Source: an uncultured delta proteobacterium (GTDB lineage: Bacteria > Myxococcota > UBA727 > VGSZ01). From it: 64,000 bases of DNA. The position numbers and the translations under genes were made by a program. Shown one piece after another: positions 29,665-38,133 of this stretch (the first letter of the stretch is position 1; each line of letters begins with the position of its first letter). The notes beneath the pieces were generated by a model that made no database searches, had not been told where the DNA came from, and saw nothing but the letters and a program-made list of their open reading frames with translations. Where the stretch lies: the NCBI GenBank assembly GCA_963775425.1, contig CAVZJB010000011.1, positions 352,001 to 416,000 on the forward strand. The letters run 5' to 3'.

Positions 29665-29703
29665 CCCGGCGGCGGGCGCGCCGCCGCGACGCACGCGGCC
29701 CGC

Positions 29704-30978
29704 TCAGCGCGGGGCGGCGGCGAACGCGAGCGACATCCGGCGGCACATGAAGCGCGGGTCGTCGACGTCGAGGGCGCTGACGGCGGCGACGAGCCGGGCG
29801 CCGGCGCGGGCGCAGTCGGCGACGCGCCCCGGTGTCGTCACGCCACCGATGGCGACGACGGGGAGCGGTGCGAGCTTCGTTCGCCGCGCCAGCGCTTCGA
29901 GGCCGACCACGGGCGCGTGCCCCGACTTGGTCGGGGACGCGAACACCGGCCCGACCGCGACGAGGTCGGCGCCGCCGTCGGCGCACGCGTCGAGCAGCTC
30001 GGGCTCGGTGTGGCTCGAGGCGCCGACGAGCGCGTCCGCGCCGACGATGCGGCGGGCGAGCTTGGGCGGCATATCGGTCTGGCCGACGTGCACGCCGTCG
30101 GCGTCGGCGGCGACGCACAGATCGGGGCGATCGTTCACGATGACGGGGACGCCGTACGGCCGGCACCGCGCCAGGAGCGGCTCGAGCAACGCGAGCACGT
30201 CGCGGTCGGCGAAGCCCTTGGCGCGCAACTGCACCATCGCCACGCCCCCCTCGACGAGGGCCGCCGCGCGCCGCTCGAGCTCGTCGAGGAGGGCTTGCGC
30301 CTCGACGCGATGCACGGGGCTCGACAACAACGGCACGGCGCCGTGCGCCGTCGACGACGGCTCCGCGTGCGGCGCCACCACGGCGTACAGGCCCGCCGGC
30401 ACGCGAGCGGCGGGCGGCGCGAGCGACGCGGGGAGCGGCTTCTTCTGCGCGCGGCACGCGGCGCGCATCCCGTCGTCGAGCGCCTGGACCAGGCCGGGCG
30501 TCGACGCGCCGCGCGCGAGAGGGACCACGTGCGCGAGCGTCTCTTCGACGTACGCGTCGAGCTTGTCGCGGCTCGGCGCGAGGTGGAGCTCGCCGAGGTT
30601 GTGCAGGCGATCGCACACCTTCACCAGGCGCAGCGCGTCGTCGGCGCCGTCGGCGAGGCGCGCGTAGTACGCCGCGGTGGCCTCGGGCCCCTTGCCGGTC
30701 TTGGTCAACAGCTCCACGCGCCGCGTGACCTCGGCGCCGAACCGCGCGCGCAGCTCGGCCGCGTCGATGCCGACCTCGTTGTCCTCGAGGACGTCGTGCA
30801 AGAGCGCCGCCGCCCGTGTGACGTCGTCGACGGCGATGCCGCACGCGGGCCCGACGTCGTCGATGAGCGTGCGCACGGCCTCGGGGTGGCGGATGTACGG
30901 CGCCCCGTGTCGTCGCGTCTGGCCGTGGTGCGCTTCGTACGCGATGGCGCGCGCTCGCTCGAGAGGGATGGCCTCCAT
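29704..30978 (-). CDS. thiE: Fusion: RelA/SpoT-type HD hydrolase (Mesh1/SAH-like) plus thiamine-phosphate synthase
   Basis: AHHGQTRRHGAPYIRHP, ALLHDVLED, VKVCDRLHNL; then VQLRAK, IVNDRPD, GVHVGQTD, GASSH, GPVFASPTK, VAIGG. Confidence 0.88.
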   Translation of the reverse strand: MEAIPLERARAIAYEAHHGQTRRHGAPYIRHPEAVRTLIDDVGPACGIAVDDVTRAAALLHDVLEDNEVGIDAAELRARFGAEVTRRVELLTKTGKGPEATAAYYARLADGADDALRLVKVCDRLHNLGELHLAPSRDKLDAYVEETLAHVVPLARGASTPGLVQALDDGMRAACRAQKKPLPASLAPPAARVPAGLYAVVAPHAEPSSTAHGAVPLLSSPVHRVEAQALLDELERRAAALVEGGVAMVQLRAKGFADRDVLALLEPLLARCRPYGVPVIVNDRPDLCVAADADGVHVGQTDMPPKLARRIVGADALVGASSHTEPELLDACADGGADLVAVGPVFASPTKSGHAPVVGLEALARRTKLAPLPVVAIGGVTTPGRVADCARAGARLVAAVSALDVDDPRFMCRRMSLAFAAAPR

Positions 30979-30981
30979 GTG

Positions 30982-31728
30982 TCAGCCGCCGCCGATGAGT
31001 CGGCGCGCGTTGCGCTCGTGCGCGGCGCGGAACGCTTCGAGCGCGCGGATGTCCCGGAACCCGTCGACGCCGAGGGTGCGCCAACCGAAGAAGTCCGCGG
31101 GGTCCTGGAAGGAGACGCCGAGGTTCTGCGCGAAGAGGCGGTCGGCGTCGGAGTGGTCGTCGCCGCGCTCGCCGTCGGGCTCGATCTCCCTCCTGGTGTA
31201 CGCGGAGTCGCCCACCATGAACGAGTGCTTCTTGTCGATGACCGCGTGGTCGCCGAAGGTCTCCTTGAGGAAGGTCTCCAGAGACAGCGCCATCCCCACC
31301 GCGGGCTTTCGGTGAGAGTCCTTCCTCTCGGCGAAGTCGACCCAATGGACGTCGCCGCCGCCCTTGCGGATGAGCTCCACGGTCTCTTCGAGCGCGGCGT
31401 CGGCGTCCTCGAGGGAGATCCTGCCGGCGGAGACGCCGGCCTGGTTGGAGACGATGGCGATGAGGTAGCCCTCGCGGCTCAGGCGCCCGAGGGTGCGCGC
31501 GACGTTCGGCAGGAGCGCGACGTCGCCGGGGCCGTCGGCGGTGGCGCCGCCCGAGAGCGCGACGCGCAGCGTGGCGTCGGCGTCGAAGAAGGCGACCTTC
31601 ACGGGCCCCTTCCCGGGCGCCAGGTAGGTGGCGGCGAGCCTGCGACGGGCGAGGCCGTCGACGGCGCCCGCGGACGGGCGGGTCGGGACGTCGGCGACGA
31701 CGTGGGGTGCCAGGCGATCGATGCGCAT
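30982..31728 (-). CDS. HAD-IIIA hydrolase, polynucleotide 3'-phosphatase (PNK3P)/GmhB-like
   Basis: FFDADATL, IVSNQAG, RKPAVGM, SFMVGDSAY, HSDADRLFAQNLG..F..P..FF. Confidence 0.85.
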   Translation of the reverse strand: MRIDRLAPHVVADVPTRPSAGAVDGLARRRLAATYLAPGKGPVKVAFFDADATLRVALSGGATADGPGDVALLPNVARTLGRLSREGYLIAIVSNQAGVSAGRISLEDADAALEETVELIRKGGGDVHWVDFAERKDSHRKPAVGMALSLETFLKETFGDHAVIDKKHSFMVGDSAYTRREIEPDGERGDDHSDADRLFAQNLGVSFQDPADFFGWRTLGVDGFRDIRALEAFRAAHERNARRLIGGG

Positions 31729-31833
31729 GCGAGGTCTCCGCACAGGACGATAGCCCATCCCCGCGGGCCGCCGGCGCTCACCGGGCGCAGGCGAGGTTTG
31801 GCACCGCCCCACGTCGTGGCTAAGGTCCCGCCC

Positions 31834-33717
31834 GTGGACCGCCGGCCGCTCCTGGTGTCGCTCATCGCCCCCGCCGTCAGCGTCGTCGTCGCCGTCGTCG
31901 TCGCCGTCGTCGCCGTCGGTGTCGCCGGCGGCTGCACGAGCGCGCGCTCGACGCCGGCGGCATCGACGCCCCCGGCCGTCGGGACGGCGCCCCCGCAGGC
32001 AGCGCCGTCGACGCGGCCCACGTCCCGCGCGCCCGCCGTCGCCCCGCCCGAGACGCACATCTTCGCGAGGCTCGACGAGCCCAAGGCCGCACGCATCCTG
32101 TGGACCGCCAGCGTGCAGGGGTACGTCGAGCCCTGCGGCTGCACGGGCGATCCCCTCGGCGGCGTCGCCCGCCTCGCCGCCGCCGTGAAGGACGCCAAGC
32201 GCGCGACGGATGGTCGCGTGCTCCTCCTCGACGCCGGCGACCTCCTCTTCGAGCACGAGAGCGACAACGCGCCGCTCGACGCATGCCAGGCCGGCGCCCG
32301 CGACGACCTCCTCGTCGACACCTACGGCAAGCTCGGCCTCGCGGCCACGGTGCTCGGCCCCCTCGACGACGTGCGCGGCGCCGAATTCCGCGACGCGCGG
32401 CTCCACAAGGCCGGCATCGTCACCGTCGGCGTCGACACGCCGCGCGCGCTCGTCGCCGGCGCCGCGCGCGCCGTGAGCGTCGTGCGCGTGCTCGGCGACG
32501 TCGGCGTCGGCGTCACCGCGTTTCGCGTCGACGCGCCCGGGGGCGCCTCCGACGGGACGACCGCCGTCGTGCAGCGCGCGCACGACGCGCTCGCCGCCGA
32601 GGTGCGACGCCTCGCGACGCAAGCGGGCACCAGCGCCGCGCGACACCTCGACGTCATCGTGGTGCTCGCGCAGGCGCCGCGCGCGATCACCAAGCGCGTG
32701 GTCGCGGGCATCCCGGGCATCGACATCGTCATCCAGGGCAGGGCCCCCGGCGAGGTGCCGCTGCCACCGGAGGCGCTGGGAGGCGGCGCCGTGCTCGTCG
32801 CGGCGGGGATGCAGGCGCAATACGTCGGCGTCCTCGAGCTCCACCTCGCGGGGCGCACGGCGGGCGCGCCGCTCGCCCTCGACGACGCCGAGGCCAAGGC
32901 CGACGCCGACAAGAAGGTGCTCCGCGTGCGCATCAAGGAGCTGAAGAGGCAGGTCGACGACGCCGACGGCGCGCGCAAGGAGTTCCTCGCCGGGCGCCTC
33001 GCGACGGCCGAGGAGCAGATGAAGGCGCTCGACGCAAACGGGCCGTCGACAACGGGGCCACGGGTGAAGGTGCGGGCGCTGCCCCTGGCGCGCGGCTTCC
33101 CCGAAGATCCCGGCGTGAAGGCCGCCCTCGACGCCTACACCGCGCGCATCCCGTCGCTGGTGACGTCGTGCGAAGCCGGGGCCACGTGCGTGCCCGCGCC
33201 GAAGGACGCGGCGACGTGGGTGGGGGCCAAGGCGTGCAAGGGCTGCCACGAAGAGCAGTACGCGTTCTGGAAGAAGCAGCTCGTGAAGCTGCCGGGGAAG
33301 GACGACAACGGCCGCCCCATCACGCGCACCGAGGGCCACGTCCACGCGTGGGACACGCTCGTCGCCGACGGCAAGCAGAAGGACCGCAGTTGCGTCGGCT
33401 GTCACAGCGTCGGCTTCGACGCGCCGGGCGGCCCCTGTAAGACCGGCGACGTCGTCGCCCGCGGCCTCGCCGCCGTACAATGCGAGAGCTGCCACGGCCC
33501 CGGCAGCTTTCACGTGGAGAGCAGCGCGCCCGAGGACATCGTCGGCAAGCCCGACGAAGCCCGCTGCCGCACCTGCCACCGCGTCCCGCACATCCCCACC
33601 ACGGAGAGCTTCGTGATGACAGACCGCTTGAAGCTCATCCTCGGCCCGGGGCACGGCGAGAAGCGCTTCCGTGCGCTCGAGGCGGCCACCGCCGGCGGCG
33701 CGGAGGGCACGCGATGA
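31834..33717 (+). CDS. Lipoprotein: UshA/5'-nucleotidase-like domain plus tetraheme cytochrome c (c554-like)
   Basis: VAGGC lipobox-like; GYVEPCGC...LGGVAR...LLDAGDLLF; four CxxCH motifs (CKGCH, CVGCH, CESCH, CRTCH). Confidence 0.85.
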   Translation: MDRRPLLVSLIAPAVSVVVAVVVAVVAVGVAGGCTSARSTPAASTPPAVGTAPPQAAPSTRPTSRAPAVAPPETHIFARLDEPKAARILWTASVQGYVEPCGCTGDPLGGVARLAAAVKDAKRATDGRVLLLDAGDLLFEHESDNAPLDACQAGARDDLLVDTYGKLGLAATVLGPLDDVRGAEFRDARLHKAGIVTVGVDTPRALVAGAARAVSVVRVLGDVGVGVTAFRVDAPGGASDGTTAVVQRAHDALAAEVRRLATQAGTSAARHLDVIVVLAQAPRAITKRVVAGIPGIDIVIQGRAPGEVPLPPEALGGGAVLVAAGMQAQYVGVLELHLAGRTAGAPLALDDAEAKADADKKVLRVRIKELKRQVDDADGARKEFLAGRLATAEEQMKALDANGPSTTGPRVKVRALPLARGFPEDPGVKAALDAYTARIPSLVTSCEAGATCVPAPKDAATWVGAKACKGCHEEQYAFWKKQLVKLPGKDDNGRPITRTEGHVHAWDTLVADGKQKDRSCVGCHSVGFDAPGGPCKTGDVVARGLAAVQCESCHGPGSFHVESSAPEDIVGKPDEARCRTCHRVPHIPTTESFVMTDRLKLILGPGHGEKRFRALEAATAGGAEGTR

Positions 33718-34985
33718 CCGAGACCCTGCTGTCCGTCGACGAGGCGCGCGCGCGCATCCTCGCCGCGCTGTCCCCGCTGTCGCAGGAGACCGTGCCCGTC
33801 GCCGACGCCGGCGGCCGCGTGCTCGCGGAGGCGTTGCACAGCCGGCGCGACCTGCCCGCGTTCGACAACTCCGCCATGGACGGCGTCGGCGTTCGCGTCG
33901 CCGACGTCGCGAGCGCGTCGCCGTCGTCGCCGGTGCGCCTCGCGCTGTCCGGGTCGTCGCTGGCGGGCGCGGCGCCGCCCGGGGAAGGAGCGGGCGGGCT
34001 CGCGGCGGGGAGCGCCGCGCGCATCATGACGGGCGCCCCGGTCCCCGCCGGCGTCGAGGCGGTGGTGATGCGCGAGCAGACCTCGGAGGCGGAGGTCGCC
34101 GCCGGGTTCGTCTCGGTGCTCGCGCCGGCGGCGCCGGGCCAGAACGTGCGGCGCCGCGGCGAGGACGTGAGGGCCGGCGACGTCGTCGGCCGCCCCGGCG
34201 ACGTCGTCACGCCGGCGCGGCTGAACCTGCTCCTCGCGGCGGGCCTCACGAGCGCGCGCGCGGTGCGCCGCCCGTCCGTCGCGGTGCTCGCGTCCGGTGA
34301 CGAGCTCGTCGAGGTCGGTGAGCCCCTCGGCCCCGGCGACGTCGTCAACAGCAACGCGCACGCCGTCGCCGCCGCCGCGCGCACGGCGGGCTGCGACGCG
34401 CACCTGCTCGGGATCGCGCGCGACACGCTCGAAGACCACGTGCGCATGCTCGAGGGCGCGTCGCGCTTCGACGTCGTGTTGACCATCGGCGGCGTCTCCA
34501 TGGGCACGCACGACTTCGTGCGCCCCGCGCTCGAGAGGCTCGGCGTCACGCTCGACCTGTGGCGCGTGGCGATGAAGCCGGGCAAGCCCGTGGCGTTCGG
34601 CGCGTTCCCCGACGGCCGCGTGGTCTTCGGGCTGCCGGGCAACCCGGTGAGCGCCATGGTGAGCTTCGAGCTCTTCGTGCGTCCTGCGCTCGCGCGCCTG
34701 CAGGGGAGGGCCGCCACGGTGCGGCCGTTGTGGCCCGCGATCCTCGTCGACAGCGACGTGAAGAAGAGGCCCGGCCTCGAGCATTGGGCCCGCGGCAGCG
34801 CCCGTCTCGTCGACGGCAAGCTCCACGTGCGCGTCCTCGAGGGGCAGGGCTCGCATCGAATCTCGGTGCTCGCCCGCGCCAACGCCCTGGTGCGTTTCCC
34901 CAGGGACGGCGCCGGCGGTGTCGCCGGCGACGCCGTCGACGTGCTCCTCCTCGACGACCCGCTCACCGCTGCGGACCTGACGTAG
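33714..34985 (+). CDS. moeA: Molybdopterin molybdotransferase MoeA
   Basis: PAFDNSAMDG, IMTGAPVP, SGDEL, GGVSMG..DF, MKPGKP, GLPGNPVSA; ATGA overlap with upstream gene. Confidence 0.95.
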   Translation: MTETLLSVDEARARILAALSPLSQETVPVADAGGRVLAEALHSRRDLPAFDNSAMDGVGVRVADVASASPSSPVRLALSGSSLAGAAPPGEGAGGLAAGSAARIMTGAPVPAGVEAVVMREQTSEAEVAAGFVSVLAPAAPGQNVRRRGEDVRAGDVVGRPGDVVTPARLNLLLAAGLTSARAVRRPSVAVLASGDELVEVGEPLGPGDVVNSNAHAVAAAARTAGCDAHLLGIARDTLEDHVRMLEGASRFDVVLTIGGVSMGTHDFVRPALERLGVTLDLWRVAMKPGKPVAFGAFPDGRVVFGLPGNPVSAMVSFELFVRPALARLQGRAATVRPLWPAILVDSDVKKRPGLEHWARGSARLVDGKLHVRVLEGQGSHRISVLARANALVRFPRDGAGGVAGDAVDVLLLDDPLTAADLT

Positions 34986-35029
34986 GGCGGCGGCTTGTCC
35001 GCCGCGTCGCCGGGAGCCGGGCGCCCCCG

Positions 35030-35566
35030 TCACCCGAGGGCGCGGCGGTAGCGGAGCTCCACGAGGCCGGCGGCGGCGCTGTCGGCGGACACCACGCGCG
35101 ACGCGCCGTCCACGCTCCAGCCGTGGGACTCGTAGAACCGCCGCGCGCGCGGGTTTTCGTCGAGGACCCACAGCGCCGCCTCGGAGAAGCCGAGCGCCGC
35201 GAGGGCGCGCTCGGCCTCGACGAGGAGCGCGTGGCCGGCGCCCGCGCCCCACTGCGACGCGGCGACGTAGATGGCGTAGAGCTCGCCGGCGCCGGCCATG
35301 TCGCCGTCGCGGCTGTTGCCCACCGAGGCGAACCCCATGATGGCGCTCTCGGCGCTCTCGGCGCTCTCGGCGACGAGGACGCGGCCGTCGCTCCGGGCGA
35401 GCGCGCGCTCCCACATCGCGCGGCGCTGCGCTACGTCGAGCGCGGCGAGCGCCTCGTCGGCGACCACGCCCCGGTACGCGTCGCGCCACGCCTGCACGTG
35501 GACCGCCGCGAGCGCGGCGGCGTCGTCGACGCGCGCCGGTCGGATGTGAAAGGGCCTCTCGCTCAC
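35030..35566 (-). CDS. GNAT family N-acetyltransferase
   Basis: IRPARVDDA...HVQAWRDAYRG, ELYAIYV...GAGAG, LWVLDENPRARRFYE..GW. Confidence 0.9.
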   Translation of the reverse strand: MSERPFHIRPARVDDAAALAAVHVQAWRDAYRGVVADEALAALDVAQRRAMWERALARSDGRVLVAESAESAESAIMGFASVGNSRDGDMAGAGELYAIYVAASQWGAGAGHALLVEAERALAALGFSEAALWVLDENPRARRFYESHGWSVDGASRVVSADSAAAGLVELRYRRALG

Positions 35567-35613
35567 GCGCCCATCCTCCCTCGGGCGCTCCGGCCGGCAA
35601 CCGGGCTCGGGCC

Positions 35614-38133
35614 TTACGCGACGCGCGGCGCGGCCCGGCGCGCGACGGCGCGGGCCAGGGCGCGCGTGACCAGGGCGAGGCCGAGGAGCGCCGCGGTGTC
35701 GACGACGGCGTCGCTGCCGCGGGGCCAACGCGTGTGCGCGCGTTCGAGCCAGGCGCGCGCGCGCTCGGGCAACACGTGCGCCGCGATGGAGCGCGGGGGC
35801 GCGCCGCGCGCGGCGGCGGCGAAGTCGGGGGCGGGGCAGTCGCGGCCAAAGTCGCCGGCGAACGGGACCCACGCGCCCTCGCGGACGTAGCGGTCGTAGT
35901 AGACGTCGGCGCGCTCCGGCTCGCGATCGATCAGGTACGACGTCGCCGCGCACAACGTCGCGGCGAACGCCTGCGATCGCGGCGGCAGCTCGTCGGCGGC
36001 CGCGCCCGCGAGCGCGGCGGCCACCGCCCGGTAGTGAAAGCGGACGAGCGGGTGCACCGCCGTCGCCGCCACGCGGAGCTCCTCGTCGTAGCTCGCGAAC
36101 GGCGGCCGCGGCGCCATCACGTCGAGGCGCTCCGGCAACGCCCGCGCCGTCGCGCCCCTTGCCGTCGTGGCCGCGCCGCCGCTCGCGTCGTCGTCGTCGC
36201 TGCGGCGCCACGGTTGGACGTCGCCGCTGAGCGTGGAGGCGCCGAGGTCGAAGGTGCCGCCGTACACGGCCCAGTCGGGGTCGAGCTCGGTCCCGCTGAT
36301 CTCCATGCCGCGCTTGCGCAGGAGCGTCGCCGCCTCGAAGCGCGCCTGCGCCTCGCCGATCCGCGGCGCGCCTGCGGACGCGTCGTCGGCGGGCGCGCCC
36401 ACGATGGTCGCGCGCACGATCGCGCCCGCATCGCCGCGGGCGAGCGCGCGGCCGTAGCGGGCGGCGTCGGCGCGCAGCGCGTGGTCGTCGAAGTACGCGA
36501 GCGCGTCGTCGACGCGGCCCTCCCGCACCAGGCGCCGCGCCAACAGCGCGCGCAGCCGCTCGAACGGCTTGGGCGCGTCGTCGCCCCAGGGGTTGTGCAG
36601 GGGCTCGAGCGCGCGAGGGGCGTGGACGTGGACGAAGCGCACGAGCTCGTCCGTGGTCATCACGCGCTCGGCGACGTACGCCGCGTCGAGCCAGTAGTCC
36701 TCGCCGCCGGAGAGCAAGAGCGAGAGCGCCTCCGCGTACTCGCGGCGATCGAGGGCGAGCACCGCGCGCTCGCTGTCGACGCGCGCGCGGGGCGCCAGCT
36801 CCTCGTAGCCCCAGTCGTCGGCGTGCCAGACCTCGCCCCAGCGCCGGGCCTCGGGGAACGCCGCCGCCGCCGCCGCGAGCAGCCGCCGCGCCGCTTCGTC
36901 GTCGCCGTCGCGGAGCGCGAGCTTGGCCTCGATCCACCTCGCCAGCGCGCTGCGGGGGCCGGCCAGGCGGGCGAAGCCCTTGGCGTACTCGTACTCGCCG
37001 GCGCCGTACGCGACCGCCGCGAGCCGGTCCGCCGCCTCCATGCGCACGAGGCCGCGCTTGTCGACGAGGCGGATGAGCCGTCCGAGCCGCGCCGGCTCCA
37101 CCGCGGTGTGGGCCGTGAAGAGGGCGGCGGCGACGAGCCGCTGCACCACCGGGTCCCCGATGTTCCTCTCGAGCGCCGCGTCGTCGCGCAGCAACCGCCG
37201 CGCGAGGAACGAGAGCGACGCGCGCCCGCTCACCGAGCCGAGCGCGGCTTGCTCCGCATACAGGTGCACCGCGCGGGCGATCGCGCTGTCTCCGCCCGCC
37301 GTCCCCGCGGCCGCCCGGGCCCGTCGCGCGGCGCCGACGCCCGCGGCACTGTCGCTGCGCTCGCGCGCGCTCCCGTCGTCGACGCGCTCGTCGTCGGCGC
37401 GCTCGTCGTCGGCGCGCGCGGGCGCGGAGGGCGCGAGGTCCTCGAGGCCCCAACGCCACGCCGCGGAGGGGAGCACGTCGCGGGCCTCCTCGCCGAGGCT
37501 GAACGCGGCGAGGCCGAGGGTGTCGGCGAAGCCCGCGCGGGCGAGCGCGCGGGTGCGGCGGAGCCAGGTGACGTCGCCGGTGGCTTGTCCGATCATGAAC
37601 GCAGCCCACGTCGAGCGCGCCTGTCGCTCCTGCGCCGGGAGCGCGAGCAACGCGCGCCACGACTTCACCGCGGCGCCGGTGTCGCCCTGGTGAAACGCGC
37701 GCGCGCCCGCGTCGTACAGCGCGCGCTCGCGCTCGCCGCCGCCGTCGCGCGCGTGCGGCGGCTCGGCGCCCTCGACGACGACGTACGGGAACGACGGCGT
37801 CACGAGGTGCGCCGCCTCCCACGCGAAGTTGCCCTCGACGAGCTCGCTCATCGTCGTCTTGCAATCGAGCAGCAAGCGGTGCGGGAACTCCGGCCCGCAC
37901 GCGCGCGCCCGCCCGCTCGCGAGCGCACCGACGACGACGACGACGACGACGACGACGATCCCGGCGCCCGCCCCGCGCACGCGGCGCGGGCCCCGCGCCG
38001 GCAGTCCTTGCGGCGGCTCGCGCCCGCGGGGCAAGCCCGCGCCCGACGGCGCGCGCGCCTGCGTCGTGAAGCGCGCCGGCTCGGTCATGGGGTGGGCCGC
38101 TGTGGCGCGCGTGTCGCTCGCGTCATCGCGCAT
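35614..38133 (-). CDS. Large TPR-like exported protein, probable partner of the DUF3142 gene
   Basis: Hydrophobic segment then ACGPEFP; helical repeats; YWLDAAYVAERVMTTDEL, GMEISGTELDPD, RFHYR. Start uncertain. Confidence 0.75.
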   Translation of the reverse strand: MRDDASDTRATAAHPMTEPARFTTQARAPSGAGLPRGREPPQGLPARGPRRVRGAGAGIVVVVVVVVVGALASGRARACGPEFPHRLLLDCKTTMSELVEGNFAWEAAHLVTPSFPYVVVEGAEPPHARDGGGERERALYDAGARAFHQGDTGAAVKSWRALLALPAQERQARSTWAAFMIGQATGDVTWLRRTRALARAGFADTLGLAAFSLGEEARDVLPSAAWRWGLEDLAPSAPARADDERADDERVDDGSARERSDSAAGVGAARRARAAAGTAGGDSAIARAVHLYAEQAALGSVSGRASLSFLARRLLRDDAALERNIGDPVVQRLVAAALFTAHTAVEPARLGRLIRLVDKRGLVRMEAADRLAAVAYGAGEYEYAKGFARLAGPRSALARWIEAKLALRDGDDEAARRLLAAAAAAFPEARRWGEVWHADDWGYEELAPRARVDSERAVLALDRREYAEALSLLLSGGEDYWLDAAYVAERVMTTDELVRFVHVHAPRALEPLHNPWGDDAPKPFERLRALLARRLVREGRVDDALAYFDDHALRADAARYGRALARGDAGAIVRATIVGAPADDASAGAPRIGEAQARFEAATLLRKRGMEISGTELDPDWAVYGGTFDLGASTLSGDVQPWRRSDDDDASGGAATTARGATARALPERLDVMAPRPPFASYDEELRVAATAVHPLVRFHYRAVAAALAGAAADELPPRSQAFAATLCAATSYLIDREPERADVYYDRYVREGAWVPFAGDFGRDCPAPDFAAAARGAPPRSIAAHVLPERARAWLERAHTRWPRGSDAVVDTAALLGLALVTRALARAVARRAAPRVA

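Noticed and set aside
32120-32145. Selenoprotein (UGA read-through) in the UshA-like gene
   Set aside because: Motif is encoded TGC GGC TGC (Cys-Gly-Cys); no in-frame TGA
29917-33717. 1266-aa, 890-aa (30982-33654), 956-aa (35030-37900) and 854-aa (7448-10012) ORFs at full length
   Set aside because: Only their C-terminal parts are real genes; the N-terminal extensions overlap other genes, so starts were reassigned
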